DNA of 63,503 bases, counting the filler, from Sphacelaria rigidula (lineage: Eukaryota): assembly GCA_964200075.2 (NCBI GenBank). It is 10 parts of 10 records of this genome, joined end to end, with 100 filler letters (N's around TTAATTAATTAA, not from the genome) between each part and the next. Parts side by side here need not be neighbours in the genome. Positions count along the whole stretch, not along the records: positions 57,245 to 63,503 come from CAXNAA020021177.1; 9 more parts are not named here. The stretch is one strand, 5' to 3'. The notes below the pieces were generated by a model. That model saw only the letters and a program-made list of their open reading frames with translations. It was not told the DNA's origin and ran no database searches. Shown here one piece after another: positions 62,836 to 63,503 of this stretch (positions are counted from its first letter, which is position 1; each line of letters starts with the position of its first letter). A program made the position numbers and the translations under genes.

Positions 62836-63312
62836 CGGTACGCTTCTTTCACGCGCCCGCGATCGACGAGGGAAGGGGACTCACTGCTGAAGCCCTCTCG
62901 CAATAAAAAATCAAGGGAAGCACCGCGGAAGGAGAGTGGAGAAAGGAAAAAATCCTGTGTTGGCCCTTTCTGTTGTGACCCCGGCTGTGGCGCCCACATA
63001 TTCGACACTTTCTACGATAGCCCCCCCCCCAACACCACCCCAAAAGTGTCACGAAAAAAATGGTCATACATCGCCCGATGTTTGATTTCACCCTGCGTAA
63101 AGCGCCTAAAGTGAGCGACTTGGCGAGAATGGAACCCATGCGTGGGAATTCCCAGCTGCTCGTTGTGCTCGGCGTTTCCCATTTCGATTTACGTGAAGAT
63201 TTCGTCTCCCAAAACCAGGCACTCTTTTGGGAGGGGCTATCGTAGAAAGTGTCATTCACATGCCGAAAGGTGAAGACCGGGATCCAGAATATATGGGACG
63301 ACAACAGAAACA
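62836..63312 (+). mobile_element. SINE family A body interrupted by a MITE
   Basis: gatcgacgagggaaggggac...cgcccacat [MITE] ccgaaaggtgaagaccgg.atccagaata.atgggacgacaac. Confidence 0.8.
63004..63253. mobile_element. 250-bp MITE with 21-bp TIR and 4-bp TSD
   Basis: TIR GACACTTTCTACGATAGCCCC; ATTC at 63000-63003 and 63254-63257. Confidence 0.88.
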
Positions 63313-63503
63313 CTAGTTGCTAGTTGCCTGTAGACAACTACCTGATCAGACAAGGGCGGGTGAAAAAAATATCCCTGGACCCACCCTTACGTTTTCCCAT
63401 TTGGGGCCGATTGGGGGGGGGGGGGAGTGGTAGCACTGTTGGGACCGTGTCCGGCTGGCAGGTTCCGGTTCTATACTGAATCCTATATACTCAATGCAAC
63501 CAA

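Overview
This window is not one locus. It is ten unrelated contigs of 6,259-6,261 bp joined by an artificial 100-bp linker (44 N + TTAATTAATTAA + 44 N), so adjacency across linkers has no biological meaning. The DNA is eukaryotic, with short GT-AG exons in long repeat-filled introns; the style suggests a brown alga (inference). Host gene fragments: two exons of an N-acetylglutamate synthase GNAT domain, two exons of a YqeH/NOA1 GTPase, one exon of a divergent CK2-alpha-like kinase, two exons of an unknown gene, and one unknown GC-rich reading frame. Retroelements: Ty3/Gypsy pol and gag-protease relics, a Copia relic, a young non-coding LTR element, a LINE RT fragment and two tRNA-derived SINE families. 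DNA elements: two MULE/FAR1-SWIM transposase relics and several TIR elements with measurable target-site duplications (TSDs). The best candidate for an undescribed system is a very abundant non-coding retro-element family. It inserts at poly-C tracts, is 5'-truncated with variable TSDs, has a terminal redundancy plus a 3' tail like Penelope pseudo-LTRs, and conserves an RNA hairpin across two subfamilies. No CRISPR, rRNA or bona fide tRNA gene was seen. All alignments were done by eye.
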